The notes beneath the pieces are model-generated. The model ran no database searches, had not been told where the DNA came from, and saw only the letters and a program-made list of their open reading frames with translations. The translations under genes were made by a program, and so were the position numbers. Below are positions 38,133 to 51,283 of a stretch of DNA of 64,000 nt, piece after piece. The stretch lies in assembly GCA_002269645.1 (NCBI GenBank), contig NIVC01003331.1, positions 5,269-69,268 on the forward strand. Reading direction: 5' to 3'. The DNA is from Macrostomum lignano (lineage: Eukaryota). Numbering within the stretch: position 1 is the stretch's first letter; every line of letters starts with the position of its first letter.

Positions 38133-39770
38133 CTAGCTGGTGACCGCAGCTGTTGTCGCCTCTCGATACCAGGCGTCATCATCGAGCGGAGCAAAGCGAA
38201 CATTGCCGGCGCCCATGTAATTGTTCCACAGGGTGCTCTGACCTTTGACCTCGATGTGCGGCAGCTCTTTGTGCGCGTCAGCCAACGAAAGCATCGGTCG
38301 TTGAGTCCTTCGCCGATCGTGATAGCCCGCTTCGTCGTAGTCGTCATCGTCGTTGTAGGTCTCCGTTGCCGGCGTTGTCAGCGGCCGCTCGCCTGGGCGC
38401 TGGGCGCTGGAGAAAGTCGACGTTGACGAGCTTCCGTCGACGCCGCGCAGCTGTTTTCGTCGTCGCTCTCCGGCCGGATTCCGACGCCACGATTGCAGTA
38501 GGCGGGGATCTGTCAGGTCAAGCTCGCCGTCGCCCCCTCGTCGTGACTCCAACTCGAGCTGCTCCCGACGGCGAGCCCTCTCGAGCGCTCCGCCGAACAG
38601 CTGGCCAAGGTCCGCCTCGGCCTCGTCCATGAGCCGATCGGCGGAATCGCGGACTGGTCGCTCGTCCAGAATGCGTCGAGTGGCTACACCGAACGTGACA
38701 GCCATCTGCTGCATGTGCCGATGCTCGCGCCACTCGTCCAGCCGCTTGCGTCGGCGCTCCTTCAGGCGTTCAAGTTCCAATTCGTCGGCCGATTTTTCCT
38801 CTTTCTTGGTGAAGTCAACGTTAAAGCTGCTGAGCTTGGGCCGCTCAGCTCGTGGGAATAGCTCCTCGAGCATGCGGTTCTGCTGAGCGCGCGACATGCT
38901 ATGAAAGCCGCCGCCGCTGCGAGCACCAGCAGCGTTTCGGCTCGCGCCCAGCTGGAGCGTATCGTCCGTTCTTTCCCAGTGCAACGTGGGATGCAACTCT
39001 TGATCGTCCGCTTGTAGCAGATCATCTCCAGCTGCAGAGTGTGCACCCGAACCGGCACCGGCGGCACCAGTCATGTGTCTGCGCTGCCGTCGTCCAAGCG
39101 CCGACGTCTCCGTAGGCCGCAGCAGTCCTTTGGTTTGAAGCTCGCCCAACCAGAATTGGTCGTGATCGTCGCGCGATCTAAACTGCTGTTTCTGCTCGCG
39201 CTGCACCAGCCGGTAGTACTTTGATTTGGCTACGTCGGCGACGAACTGCGAGTCGGTGGCGAGGTCCACCTTGTCTAGACGCTTGTGCAGTTTGTGCTGC
39301 TCCTTTTTCCGCGCCGCCGCCTTTGCAGAGGCCTCCCTGGCGGCTTCGGCTTTTGCCCGCTCGCGTTCTTCACGGTCGCGCTCAACTTTAGCCTGCAGTC
39401 GGTCGTAATGATCCAGGTAGGTGTAGAACCTTTCTTGCTCCTCCGGTTGCATCAGCGACATCAAGCGCTGGTCTCGTTGCTTTTTTCTGGCCAGCTCCTC
39501 CTTGGGATCGAGCTCAAGCAGCACAACTTCTTGACCGAACGGACGATTGGCTCGACGGCGTTTCCACTCCTCGAAAGAGGGCATGTCTCGGTTGGAAGGC
39601 ATCCTTAGCGCGTCAGAATGCTGCTGCTGCGGCTGTTGTTGCTGCTGCTGCTGACTTTCCAATTGTTGCGGCTGCTTCTGCTGTGAGCTACCCACCAGAT
39701 AGTGAAATGTGCACACTCTGCTTCGGCTTGTAGCGCTGCCGTCTCCGAACACCCGCTGGTCGTCAGTCAT
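38133..39770 (-). CDS. Uncharacterised 545-aa charged coiled-coil protein with polyQ N-terminus; candidate ciliary gene
   Basis: Long GC-rich ORF in AT-rich flanks, with E/R/K-rich helices. No family recognised. Confidence 0.8.
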   Translation of the reverse strand: MTDDQRVFGDGSATSRSRVCTFHYLVGSSQQKQPQQLESQQQQQQQPQQQHSDALRMPSNRDMPSFEEWKRRRANRPFGQEVVLLELDPKEELARKKQRDQRLMSLMQPEEQERFYTYLDHYDRLQAKVERDREERERAKAEAAREASAKAAARKKEQHKLHKRLDKVDLATDSQFVADVAKSKYYRLVQREQKQQFRSRDDHDQFWLGELQTKGLLRPTETSALGRRQRRHMTGAAGAGSGAHSAAGDDLLQADDQELHPTLHWERTDDTLQLGASRNAAGARSGGGFHSMSRAQQNRMLEELFPRAERPKLSSFNVDFTKKEEKSADELELERLKERRRKRLDEWREHRHMQQMAVTFGVATRRILDERPVRDSADRLMDEAEADLGQLFGGALERARRREQLELESRRGGDGELDLTDPRLLQSWRRNPAGERRRKQLRGVDGSSSTSTFSSAQRPGERPLTTPATETYNDDDDYDEAGYHDRRRTQRPMLSLADAHKELPHIEVKGQSTLWNNYMGAGNVRFAPLDDDAWYREATTAAVTS

Positions 39771-40160
39771 TTTTTATTTTTAATTCGTGGACACTTTGCA
39801 CAGTGCTGGGCAAGAGAAGCTAAGGAGGGGAGGTCGGCCGTTGTGCGCAGAAAAATGTGCAGCAAAATTGTGCCGAAGAATTCAATGCCACTATGTCTAT
39901 TATTCTTTTCTGCTTTCACTATGAAAGGTAGCGTCGCACTGTATTCGTATGGAGCTAATGAATGATGAGCACCAGGGGGCTGTGCTGTGCGCAGACCTTA
40001 CCAAGCCATGGCAACCCTGGCTAGAGAGCATCCAGAGTGAAGGGAAGAGAGGATTGGTAGGAATCGCGGGCAGGTGAAGGAAGAGAGTACGCTCTAGGCT
40101 TGGCAAGTAAGGCTTCACCTGCCCGCCCCCCCCCCCAGCAATGCATTGATCGAACGCGGC

Positions 40161-40174
40161 GTCTCCATGACAAC
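40161..40174. promoter_or_regulatory. RFX X-box GTCTCCATGACAAC; a second partial site GCCATGGCAAC at 40005-40015
   Basis: Matches the GTHNYY-AT-RRNAAC consensus and lies ~390 bp upstream of the 39770 ATG. Confidence 0.6.
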
Positions 40175-41094
40175 GCGAGTGAGTTTCTTGCTGGCTGCAT
40201 TTTAAAAAAAACGCTGCTGCTTCTTTTTCATCTTGGCTCTTAATTTGCTTCGTCTCTCTCCACACTCTCTGCCCAGCTCGCTCTATTTTCCTTCCCCGCA
40301 TGCGACCGTTTTATATGCAGGAATATCGCCTCACCTGCAGGTCCACCTGCAGCAGATGCTCACGTTAGGTAGAGCTGTACAGACTGCTTCTCTATCTGTG
40401 TCAATTCTTCCTTCTATTGAACGTTTCTGAAACATGCTGAGTTCTGCTGCCAGCTGCAAGACAGGGCGCCAATGCGCAATTGCTCCGCTACTTACAGTAG
40501 CAAGTTGCGATACAGAGAATTCAATCTAACATATTATCAATTTGATTTTAAGAAGCGAAAAGGAAAGGCACGATTTATAGTATCAGATGATAATATGTGC
40601 AAATATTGTAGTTTGTTTGAAATCGCTTTTTTCATTGTTGGTATCTTCAATTTGAGACTTAAAAAGGATAAGAAACACACATTTAGGCGTGACGTAGTGG
40701 GGTGTCGTAGACTAGTGGTCCAGCGCGGCGCTCTGGTGTGCCAGCGGCCGGAGATCGCAAGACAAATGTGACTTTGCTTTGCGATCTCTAGTCCCGAACA
40801 ACGCAAGGCATATCATAACAGTCGTGCCTTGCGTTTTCCTTGATTTGAGATCTCTGGGGGGTAAAAATGTACATGAGCGGTGTACAGACACGAGGCTACA
40901 ACTCTGCCAAAGAATTACTGGTTGCATGTGCAGGGACTCACACGGCCCACACAGCTCTAGATGAGTTGTCGGTGTAATTGCGCAATGTATACAATTCATT
41001 CTCACTGATGCTCTAGTATTTTAAAAGCTATTAAATTAAGAATTTAGAAGGCTGCAAAGCGTGACTGAGGTACTTGCAGTTTCAAGTGGAGACA

Positions 41095-41370
41095 GACGTG
41101 GCAAGTCTAAACCAAGTGTTCTTTAACGAGCTTGTATTGAACGAGTACGCCAAAATTCCCGGAGACTTGCCGGCCAAAGTGAGGGACAATTTGAAGCGCA
41201 AAATTCCAGAGAAAGTATAAAGGCTTTTCTTCCAAGACGGTCAATTGTTCTAAAAAGTGACAAACCGGAGCTGCTGCAAGAAAAGGCGCCCAGAACATCA
41301 GCGGCGTGTGCTTTTTACGGAGGATGAAGTCAGGGAAAAGATCAAAACACTGCACGTCGAGTCATGTTAA
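41095..41370 (+). pseudogene. Fragment resembling the region N-terminal to a Gypsy/GIN-type integrase
   Basis: KVRDNLKRKIPEKV*RLFFQDGQLF*K...RRVLFTEDEVREKIKTLH, with two stops. Recognition only. Confidence 0.35.
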
Positions 41371-41804
41371 ATGGGAATGAAGAGCACCACTGGCCTCTTT
41401 ACTGTGCGATTTTACAGCGAAAACTTACTTAAAGCCACCCACCGGGACATGGGGAATGGGGGTTTTAGGGTGGCGAGATTCTTCATGTGGGGATCGATTT
41501 TTAACCTAAACTTTGATAGAGGCATGGGGTCTATAGAAACATTAAAAAATTTCCTAACTCAGTAATTTTACATCCTTGAAGCACTTTCACTTAATCTTTT
41601 TGTTCCAAGACTAATCGTTTTAGTACATTATCGTTCTTTGACCCGGAAATCACAATCCGCATATCTCAAAACAAACCTTAGTTTTTCGGCAGGATGTTTC
41701 AACTTAGCTTGTGACTTCCGGGGAGACTGCAAGCACCCCTGAGAACGTAAAGCAGCTTGAGCTACCCGGACCGGATACTTTAAGACGCTTGAAACATCCG
41801 GGTG

Positions 41805-42545
41805 TCCAGGTGGAGATCAGAAAGCACTTGCAATGTCCAGGGGGAGATCAGAAAGCACTTGCAATGTCCAAGGGGAGGTCAGAAAGCACTTGCAATGTCC
41901 AGGGGGAGATCAGAAAGCACTTGCAATGTCCAGGGGGAGATCAGAAAGCACTTGCAATGTCCAAGGGGAGATCAGAAAGCACTTGCAATGTCCAGGGGGA
42001 GATCAGAAAGCACTTGCAATGTCCAGGGGGAGATCAGAAAGCACTTGCAATGTCCAAGGGGAGATCAGAAAGCACTTGCAACGTCCAGGGGGAGATCAGA
42101 AAGCACTTACAATGTCCAGAGGGAGATCAGAAAGCACTTGCAATGTCCAGGGGGAGATCAGAAAGCACTTGCAATGTCCAGGGGGAGATCAGAAAGCACT
42201 TGCAATGTCCAAGGGGAGATCAGAAAGCACTTGCAACGTCCAGGGGGAGATCAGAAAGCACTTGCAATGTCCAGAGGGAGATCAGAAAGCACTTGCAATG
42301 TCCAAGGGGAGATCAGAAAGCACTTGCAATGTCCAAGGGGAGATCAGAAAGCACTTGCAATGTCCAAGGGGAGATCAGAAAGCACTTGCAATGTCCAGAG
42401 GGAGATCAGAAAGCACTTGCAATGTCCAGAGGGAGATCAGAAAGCACTTGCAATGTCCAGGGGGAGATCAGAAAGCACTTGCAATGTCCAGGGGGGAGAT
42501 CAGAAAGCACTTGCAATGTCCAGGGGGGATCAGAAAGCACTTGTA
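41805..42545. repeat. 31-bp minisatellite GATCAGAAAGCACTTGCAATGTCCAGGGGGA, about 24 copies
   Basis: Period 31 verified (41815, 41846, 41877). Confidence 0.97.
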
Positions 42546-42594
42546 CTATCTGGGCGGATAACACAAGACACGGATATCCGAAAGTATAACATCG

Positions 42595-42870
42595 GGCTCG
42601 ATCCCAAGTGGCAGTCGCATTAATTTGGGCCTAAATTGGAATTTCGGCTTGGCTCTGCTCGTGCAAATTGACGCCATTGAGGGTCAACCCCCAAGGCACA
42701 GTAAATTGTACATGCCTAACGATAAACAAAGTCAGGGCCGCTGTAAACTCCTGTGTGAGTGTGTGCCTGTGCGTATGACTGCTCAAGGGCAGTCGGTGGA
42801 ATGGGCATGAGTAATGCCTTCCGCCGGTTGTGAGACAATGTCGCTTAAAGTGCGCCAGAGTGCACACAGC
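42595..42870 (+). mobile_element. Dispersed SINE-like repeat, copy 2
   Basis: B-box-like GGGCTCGATCCC head plus the shared body. Confidence 0.8.
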
Positions 42871-44147
42871 TCACTGCCTCTAACTAACTTAAGTAACTAA
42901 TGTTATGGCCTTTAAAGTTTTTTATTCCATTAGACAATGCAAGACGCCTTCCGCTTATAGGTTTGAATTAAGCAACAAATTTGAATCTAAATATACTACT
43001 AACCTAACGCTGTCATTTTGTTGAGCAGCAACTTATCGACTACTTTTTTACGAGCTTGCAACTTGGTTGTTTCCGGACCAGCGACATTTAAATTGGTCTC
43101 CTAATTGAGCTTTCTATTTAATGAAAAATTGAACGCATTGTGCAAATTGAAGAGTGATTTTAAAAATAGATCTTTTAAATGCTCTCTTGCTCCCTGCCGA
43201 TGCTGTTGTTGAACATTTCAATAGACATTTCCGATACTGAATTAACGAAGTAGTCGTCTATTTGTTATTTCTTTGCCATGGGAGCCAGCAATGTTTGAAG
43301 ACAAAGCCCGCAAAGCCAAAAAATTGACAAAGCCTTTCAAGACTCAATGTGAATGAATCGAAAAAAGTAAACTATAGATAGTAAAGATCTTTTCTACATG
43401 GATTCCATGAGGGCCTCAACTTTTTCATCGAGATATTCCCTGCCTAAGGGTTCATCCTTGCGTGGCATCCATAGCCGAATAGATAGCGGTACCGCTGCGG
43501 GGCGAAAGCTGCAAGACTGACAGATAAACATGTAATGCTGTGTATGACTGCACGCTTTTTTCCACAGCTGCAGGCCCGACCCGTGACAATAGCGACTGCT
43601 GCTGCTCCCAGCCGCTGGAGACAGCTGCTGCAGTTCGCGGACACAAAAGAAGCTTAGAATCTTACTGCTGGGGCGTGTGGGCGAGAGTCAGACCTGCAAG
43701 CCACCCGGGCACTTCAGCTGGTTTGTCCTTCCACTAAGCCAAGTACCTCCCCCTGCGTCTGCCTCTACGCATCTCTATTCACTCTTCCAGTCTCTTTTTT
43801 ACCATTCATTCGTTGTTGTCGTCCATAGTAACCAGCCATTCTCTTTCTGCAAAGCTGATTTGCTGAGTGTGGCCCGGCAGGGAAACTGGAAGGGGGACGC
43901 GGGGTGGAGACGGCAGGAATTATCCCCCAATTACTAATTATTGCTGAGTGGCTGGGGGATTTCGGCTCTGCGGCCAGCCAATTCGGATCAGAGCAGGGGG
44001 TGAGAGCTCTTAGGACTAGAAATCTATTACTGATAAGTTAAGCCGCATCCTTTGTCGCAGTATCCGTGCAGCCGGTTTAGTGGTTCCTTCCGGACACTTT
44101 CACTCACTCTATAAAGTCATTAGACCTCGCACAAAGACGCAGTGGTC

Positions 44148-44515
44148 ATGCCCGAATTGAAATCAGCCAAAGGCAACGCCAAATCAACTTCGTCGTTGAA
44201 CAGCAAGAAGCAGCCGGCGGCGGCTATGGTCACGCCGCCAAGATCCGTGAGTCCGAAGCCGCCGCTGCCGAAAACATCGTCTGTAGCTTCGGCTCCAGCG
44301 GCTACGCCTGCCGCTCAACCGCAAGAGCCGCAGCCGCCGCAGCCGCAGCCGCAGTCGCAAGCTCCTGGCACGCTCGAAGAGATCGAAGTACTATTCGTTA
44401 ATAGTTTGGAAAAGAAATACGAGTGCCCGGTGTGTAGTCAGGTGCTGCGCTATCCTATGCAGTTTCCTCAATGCGGACACCGTTGCTGCAGTGCTTGCTT
44501 GCCGGAATTGCTCAG
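44148..44515 (+). CDS. TRAF4: TRAF (TRAF4-like) exon 1: Pro-rich N-terminus + RING
   Basis: EKKYECPVCSQVLRYPMQFPQCGHRCCSACL; donor AG|GTGCG. The paralog assignment is tentative. Confidence 0.9.
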
Positions 44516-45206
44516 GTGCGAATTTACTCCGGAACGGCCTTGAAATTCAGCTTTAAGTTGGGAAGCAGCGACAAGGGCCGCTAAAAGTTACCTTTTAATA
44601 AGGATTTAGCCCTCAGTTTCTATGAAATGCTTTATTTAAAGGCCTACTTTCGCTCTGCAGTAGCAAAGCGACAACACTCATTTTTAGTATAGTGGACTAG
44701 CAATCTTCCCCCGTTGGGGGAGGCAACAGAGGAAGGAAAAAAAATTTTTAGTAGATTTCATGTAACCTTTGACCTTCTGCAGTCGCTATTGTTTAGTTTC
44801 TTGAATAAAATGACGTTTCATGTGACGTCCATTGTCCAGTTAAGTCCTGATAAAACGATATTACCTCTAGCTGCGCTTGGATTGGGTGGAGGTTATAGTG
44901 TTGGGGCATTCTTTCAACATTCCGTGACCATGCTCGATTTTTAAACTGTACGAGCGTACAAATCAGATCCTGATAGCAGCGTCGTTGCACTTGGGTCGCA
45001 CTTTTTAAAAAAATCTGTAACTTTTAACTGCATCAAATCTAACTGCATGCTGAATGCATCAGTTTCATCTGCATTGCAAAACGGAATCTGAGCTCCCTTT
45101 TCTCCCTGGATTATTTTGCTTGAAAAACTGGGAGCTGCTTTTTTATTTTGGCTGCTTCCTGCTTTACAAAATTTTAACTAATATGCACTACTTTAATAAC
45201 CGTCAG

Positions 45207-45360
45207 AGTGTCGCCCAGGTGTCCCCTGGACCAGACCAGCATCGACAAGGACAGAGTGCTGGAAGACCGTGCGTTTCAATCCGAGACAGAGGCGCTCGAG
45301 GTGAAATGTTCCTACTGCGCCAGGGGCTGCAAGTGGACCGGGCATCTGGTGGACCTGATG
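45207..45360 (+). CDS. TRAF4: TRAF exon 2
   Basis: Acceptor GTCAG|A completes Arg; RCPLDQ...DRAF...LEVKCSYCARGCKWTG; donor ATG|GTGAGG. Confidence 0.92.
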
Positions 45361-45383
45361 GTGAGGCGTTTGGAGTGGGTTAT

Positions 45384-45897
<514 letters not shown>

Positions 45898-46584
45898 TTG
45901 TTGTAATGCCGCTACGTGGAGGGGCCTAAGCTGCTAGGGAAAGTTATTCTGCTGTCCTTAAACAAGCGTCGAACTACGTTAGGCCATGTTTCCCTTCCAT
46001 CTCATCTGTCCCCCAAGATCTGGCCTGAAAGTTTCCACCTGCTATAATTAGTCTTGTCGACGTTCTCGTTTATGGCCTTTGTGGCTTTCACAAATGGCGG
46101 TTTCTTTTAAATTGCTGAAAAGTTGCTGGGGCAGCCTCTCTTTGCAAGAAAATCGATACAAGAGAAGGCAGGTAGGACAGAGGTGGAGAGGAGGAGACGA
46201 AAAAGCAGTTAAGAAGAAATTTTTAACAACCTTTGGTTGTTTGGTACTCTTAAAAGACTTTTTTGAGCAATTCTATGCGGCCTCACGATCGTCTCTCATC
46301 AGAGTGTTGAAGCCTCTCAAAGGGACAGGATTATTGATCTTTAAATAGAAACAGAGTCAGTTGGAGTTAAGGACCAAGAAGGGCATACTTTTAGAAAATT
46401 GAGAGAGAGTTTGTTTTAATAAAATTCTGCACTCCAAAAAGAAAGCTGATTTCTTTCAAGGTGATTTATATTATACTCAATCAATATCCAGTGAAGGCTA
46501 TGGGCCTCTCTAAAGTCATTGCATATTTTAACTTTAATATTTTAGTAGGCTGGCTACATTTAAACGTTTAATATTATAATGGGC

Positions 46585-46870
46585 CTGTGTGCCACCCTGA
46601 TGCACTTTAAGCGACATTGTCACACAACCGGCGAGGGGCATTACTGCCCATTCCGCCGACTCCCCTGAGCAGTCACACAAGCGCGCAGTCAAACGCACAG
46701 GCACACACTCACACAGACTCACAGCGTCCCTGACTTTATTTATCGTTAGGCATGTACACTTCACTGCGCCTTGGGGGTTGGCCCTCAAGGCCGTTAATTG
46801 CACGAGCAGAGCCAAGCCGAGATTCCAATTCAGCCCCAAATTAATGCGACTTCACTTGGAATCGAGCCTG
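46585..46870 (-). mobile_element. Dispersed SINE-like repeat, copy 3 (in TRAF intron 2)
   Basis: Reverse complement of the 42.6 kb copy. Confidence 0.8.
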
Positions 46871-47002
46871 GGCTGCAATTGAAGTACTTAAAAGTAAAGG
46901 ACATTTAAATCGACATGAACCTATCGACATCGACATAAACTAGATATATTTTTTCATAAAAAGTCATCGCTTAAGAATAATCATTAATCCCCACTTCAAC
47001 AG

Positions 47003-47323
47003 CCGCATTTGGAGACCTGCGACCGCGGCCTCACGGTGTGCCCTCTGAACTGCGGCATAGTGTTCGAGAAGCGCTTCCTTGACAAGCACCGACAGCAGGA
47101 CTGCGCCAAGCGTCAGGTGAAATGCCGCCTGTGCTCCGCTGAGATGCTCGCCCACGACGAGCCCGACCACGCCAGCGAGTGTCCAAAAGCGCCAGTTCAG
47201 TGTCCGAATGGCTGCTCGAATCCGAAGTTGGTCATCACTAGGGAGATGCTGACGGCCCATCTGTCCGCTTGTCCCAAACAGGAGACGTCTTGCCCTTTGG
47301 CTGTGCACGGCTGCGAGTTCAAG
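47003..47323 (+). CDS. TRAF4: TRAF exon 3: TRAF-type zinc fingers
   Basis: HLETC...CPLNCG...H...DCAKRQVKCRLC...HASECPKAPVQCPNGC...HLSACP...CPLAVHGCEFK; donor AAG|GTTAGT. Confidence 0.93.
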
Positions 47324-47326
47324 GTT

Positions 47327-47331
47327 AGTAG

Positions 47332-47365
<34 letters not shown>

Positions 47366-47366
47366 G

Positions 47367-47457
<91 letters not shown>

Positions 47458-47474
47458 GACTAGCTAACTAACTG

Positions 47475-47529
<55 letters not shown>

Positions 47530-47530
47530 G

Positions 47531-47570
<40 letters not shown>

Positions 47571-47571
47571 G

Positions 47572-47612
<41 letters not shown>

Positions 47613-47613
47613 C

Positions 47614-47657
<44 letters not shown>

Positions 47658-47909
47658 GCCTGACTAACTAGCTAACTAACTAACTGACTAACTAACTAAC
47701 TAACAAACTAACTAACTGACTAACTAACTAACTAACTAACTAACTGACTAACTAACTAACTAACTGACTGACTGACTAACTAACTGCCTGACTAACTAGC
47801 TAACTAACTAACTGACTAACTAACTAACTGACTGACTAAATAACTAACTAACTGACTGACTAACAAACTAACTGCCTGACTAACTAGCTAACTAACTAAC
47901 TAACTAACC

Positions 47910-47973
<64 letters not shown>

Positions 47974-47990
47974 GACTAGCTAACTAACTG

Positions 47991-48045
<55 letters not shown>

Positions 48046-48046
48046 G

Positions 48047-48094
<48 letters not shown>

Positions 48095-48095
48095 G

Positions 48096-48173
<78 letters not shown>

Positions 48174-48202
48174 GCCTGACTAACTAGCTAACTAACTAAC
48201 TG

Positions 48203-48241
<39 letters not shown>

Positions 48242-48417
48242 GACTAACTAACTAACTAACTAACTAACTGACTAACTAACTAACTAACTGACTGACTAAC
48301 TAACTAACTGCCTGACTAACTAGCTAACTAACTAACTGACTAACTAACTAACTGACTGACTAACTAACTAACTGCCTGACTAACTAGCTAACTAACTAAC
48401 TAACTAACTAACTAACC

Positions 48418-48495
<78 letters not shown>

Positions 48496-48538
48496 ATAAC
48501 TAACTAACTAACTAACTGACTAACTGACTAACTGACTG

Positions 48539-48590
<52 letters not shown>

Positions 48591-48606
48591 GCTAACTAAC
48601 TAACTG

Positions 48607-48648
<42 letters not shown>

Positions 48649-48668
48649 CAACTAACTAACTAACTAAG

Positions 48669-48700
<32 letters not shown>

Positions 48701-48701
48701 C

Positions 48702-48735
<34 letters not shown>

Positions 48736-48775
48736 CTAACTAACTAACTAACTAACTAACTAACTGACTAACTAA
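47327..48775. repeat. (CTAA)n microsatellite with CTGA/CTAG variants, filling TRAF intron 3
   Basis: Starts ~3 nt into the intron and ends ~12 nt before the acceptor at 48787. Confidence 0.97.
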
Positions 48776-48787
48776 AACAACACCCAG

Positions 48788-49121
48788 GGCAAGAAGCAGG
48801 ATGTCCAGTCGCACCTGCAAACTATGCAGTCGTATCACACTGAGCTACTTTGCACAGCCTTCAAGTCGGCTCGTGAGCGCCTGGAAACAAAAGAAAAACA
48901 AGCCGCTGACCTCGAGGAGAAAGTTATCGGCTTGGAGAAGCGCATCCGCTGCATGGAGTCCGTCTACGGGCCGCAGATGATCTGGCGAATCGAGAACTAC
49001 GCCGAAAAGCTGGCGGAGGCGAAGTCTGGAAAGAAGGTCACCATCTACAGCCCGCCATTTCTGAGTCATCGGCATGGATATAAGTTGGCTGCGTCAGCCT
49101 GCCTGTTTGGCGATGGGGCTG
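48788..49121 (+). CDS. TRAF4: TRAF exon 4: coiled coil + start of MATH domain
   Basis: In frame from CCCAG|GGC; MIWRIENY...YSPPFLSHRHGYKL...GDGAG; donor G|GTGAGG. Confidence 0.93.
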
Positions 49122-49284
49122 GTGAGGATGCTGAGCACGGGAATTTGTTATCTTTATTAGCAGATTAGTCCTCACTTATCAATACAAATACATGTAGCAG
49201 TGTCTAATCACATATTGTTCATAGAATTTGTAATCTTAATCCTACTGAACTCTAATCCGATGTCAATCTCATCTCATCTCAGTC

Positions 49285-49640
49285 TAATCCAATCTCAATC
49301 TGATCCAATCACAATCTGATCTAATCTCAATGTGATCTAATCTCAATCTGATCCAATCTAAATCTGATCCAATCCCAATCTGATCTAATCTTAATCTGAT
49401 CTAATCCCAATCTGATCCAATGTTAATCTGATCTAATCTCAATCTGATCCAATGTCAATCTGATCCAATCTCAATCTGATCCAATCTAAATCTGATCCAA
49501 TCTAAATCTGATCTAATCTCAATCTGATCTAATCTATATCTGATCTAATCTCAATCTGATCCAATGTTAATCTGATCTAATCTATATCTGATCTAATCTC
49601 AATCTGATCTAATCTTAATCTGATCCTATCTCAATCATCT
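49285..49640. repeat. 16-bp degenerate repeat (AATCTCAATCTGATCY) in TRAF intron 4
   Basis: About 22 units. Confidence 0.85.
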
Positions 49641-51283
49641 AATCCCATCTCAGTATGATCCAATCTCAATATAATCCCATTACAATGTAATCTCAACCTA
49701 ATTTTTCCCAATGAAAAACCATTATTTGTTTCATTAGCTTCTATACTTAGCTCGTAAAAATTGAACATGTATAAAAAATTTGTATATTAAAGAGTTTTTT
49801 TTATTTAGTTCGTGACAAAAAGTTTTAGTTGAATGATGAAAAAAAATTGACAGGCATTAGGATTACACACGATTTTTAACAAATTGTCATGCCCCAATAC
49901 GTGATGTGGGCTGATATTAACCTTGGATTGGTTTTCTTGCAATTAAAAATTTGCTGAATAATTTGTCTGTAGCTAGCTCTGCTTTACCAGTGCTACAGGC
50001 CAATTATATTCTAGGATAAATTGTATGAGTTGGGTCACACGCTTACGTGCAAATCCTGAAATTTGTATGCTAGGCAAGAAATTTTAGTCTTCTTTTTCAT
50101 TACGTCTAACAATGAAAGTATAATAACAATCATTTCACTTTTGAAAAAATTAGCCTAGACTTAACTTTTTTCAAGATTAAAGTATCTTTTGAAACTGTAT
50201 ATATGCAACTTTGTTATATTACGCATAGCTTCCAAATTACGTTTTGAAAAGTAGAAAAATACTTGCTAGCCGAGAAAAAACATTTTAATTCGCTAGGATT
50301 TGGTAAATTCAGAAAGATTAATTCTACCTATACTACTTTTTTTAGATAGATATGTACTTTTAATTATAGTATTTAATTAAGTTGGTCAGAACTTGCGAAA
50401 GCTTTCATAGGGCCCCCAACCCCCGTTTCAAATTAAATCCACGATAGCTAATTATAAGAGGACGCGTTTAAAACAAGTTTTAGCAACCAAAAGCTTAAAA
50501 TTTTACCCAAAATAGTTTTGAAAGGGAATAGCTAGCTAATATAAATAATATTGAACTTTGAAATTTTTGACAACTTTCCAACTTGTGACTTAAAGGAACA
50601 TTTACATAATTGGAGCCACAATTCTTGTTGGCTTGAAATGGCATTGCATACTTATACTTGAATAGTTAAGTAGCATATGGGCGTAGAGTAAGTAGATCGT
50701 GGCGTATAATTTTTAAAATCTGGTGACCTGCATGTTTAACGCACGTAAGTAAAAACACTTTACGACTGTCTTTGTACTTTGTATAACCATTGGCATAATA
50801 TACTATATAATGTAAGTATAAGTATAGTATAGACTAATATATATGTCCTTATTCTCGATCTCTTTATTCTCTTTTTAATCAATATGGATTTACGAGCTAA
50901 ATGGAAAAATCGATTAAGGGTTAGTGCTATATTAAAAGCATGTGGATCCACAAGTATTTGTGTTTCTGATGAAGAACTTAAGGCCACTCAAAACATTAGT
51001 TTTTAGACTGTTGTTATCTATTAATAGTTCCCGAGTACAACCAAGTAAAATTGTTTTACTGAAGTGCGCTAAAATGTTCAGTCCAAAAATTAGAAAGCCA
51101 GTTTGAGTTACTCCAATGCATTCAATGAATACTGTATTTATTTGAAGCGAATATTAGCTATAATTATTTATTTTTGTCATGGTGTGTACTTTGTCTTCAA
51201 CACGTAATTTTGAAGAAAACAAGTTTGCAGACTTCTTTAAATTACTAAAACAAAGCCAATAATTCACCGTTAATTCCGCGCAG

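Noticed and set aside
41642-41722. 12-bp inverted repeat CCCGGAAATCAC / GTGACTTCCGGG
   Set aside because: It is too short, has no target-site duplication and has no second copy in the window.
43915-43975. NF-kB-like sites upstream of TRAF (GGGGATTTCG; GGAATTATCCCC)
   Set aside because: They are imperfect matches expected by chance.
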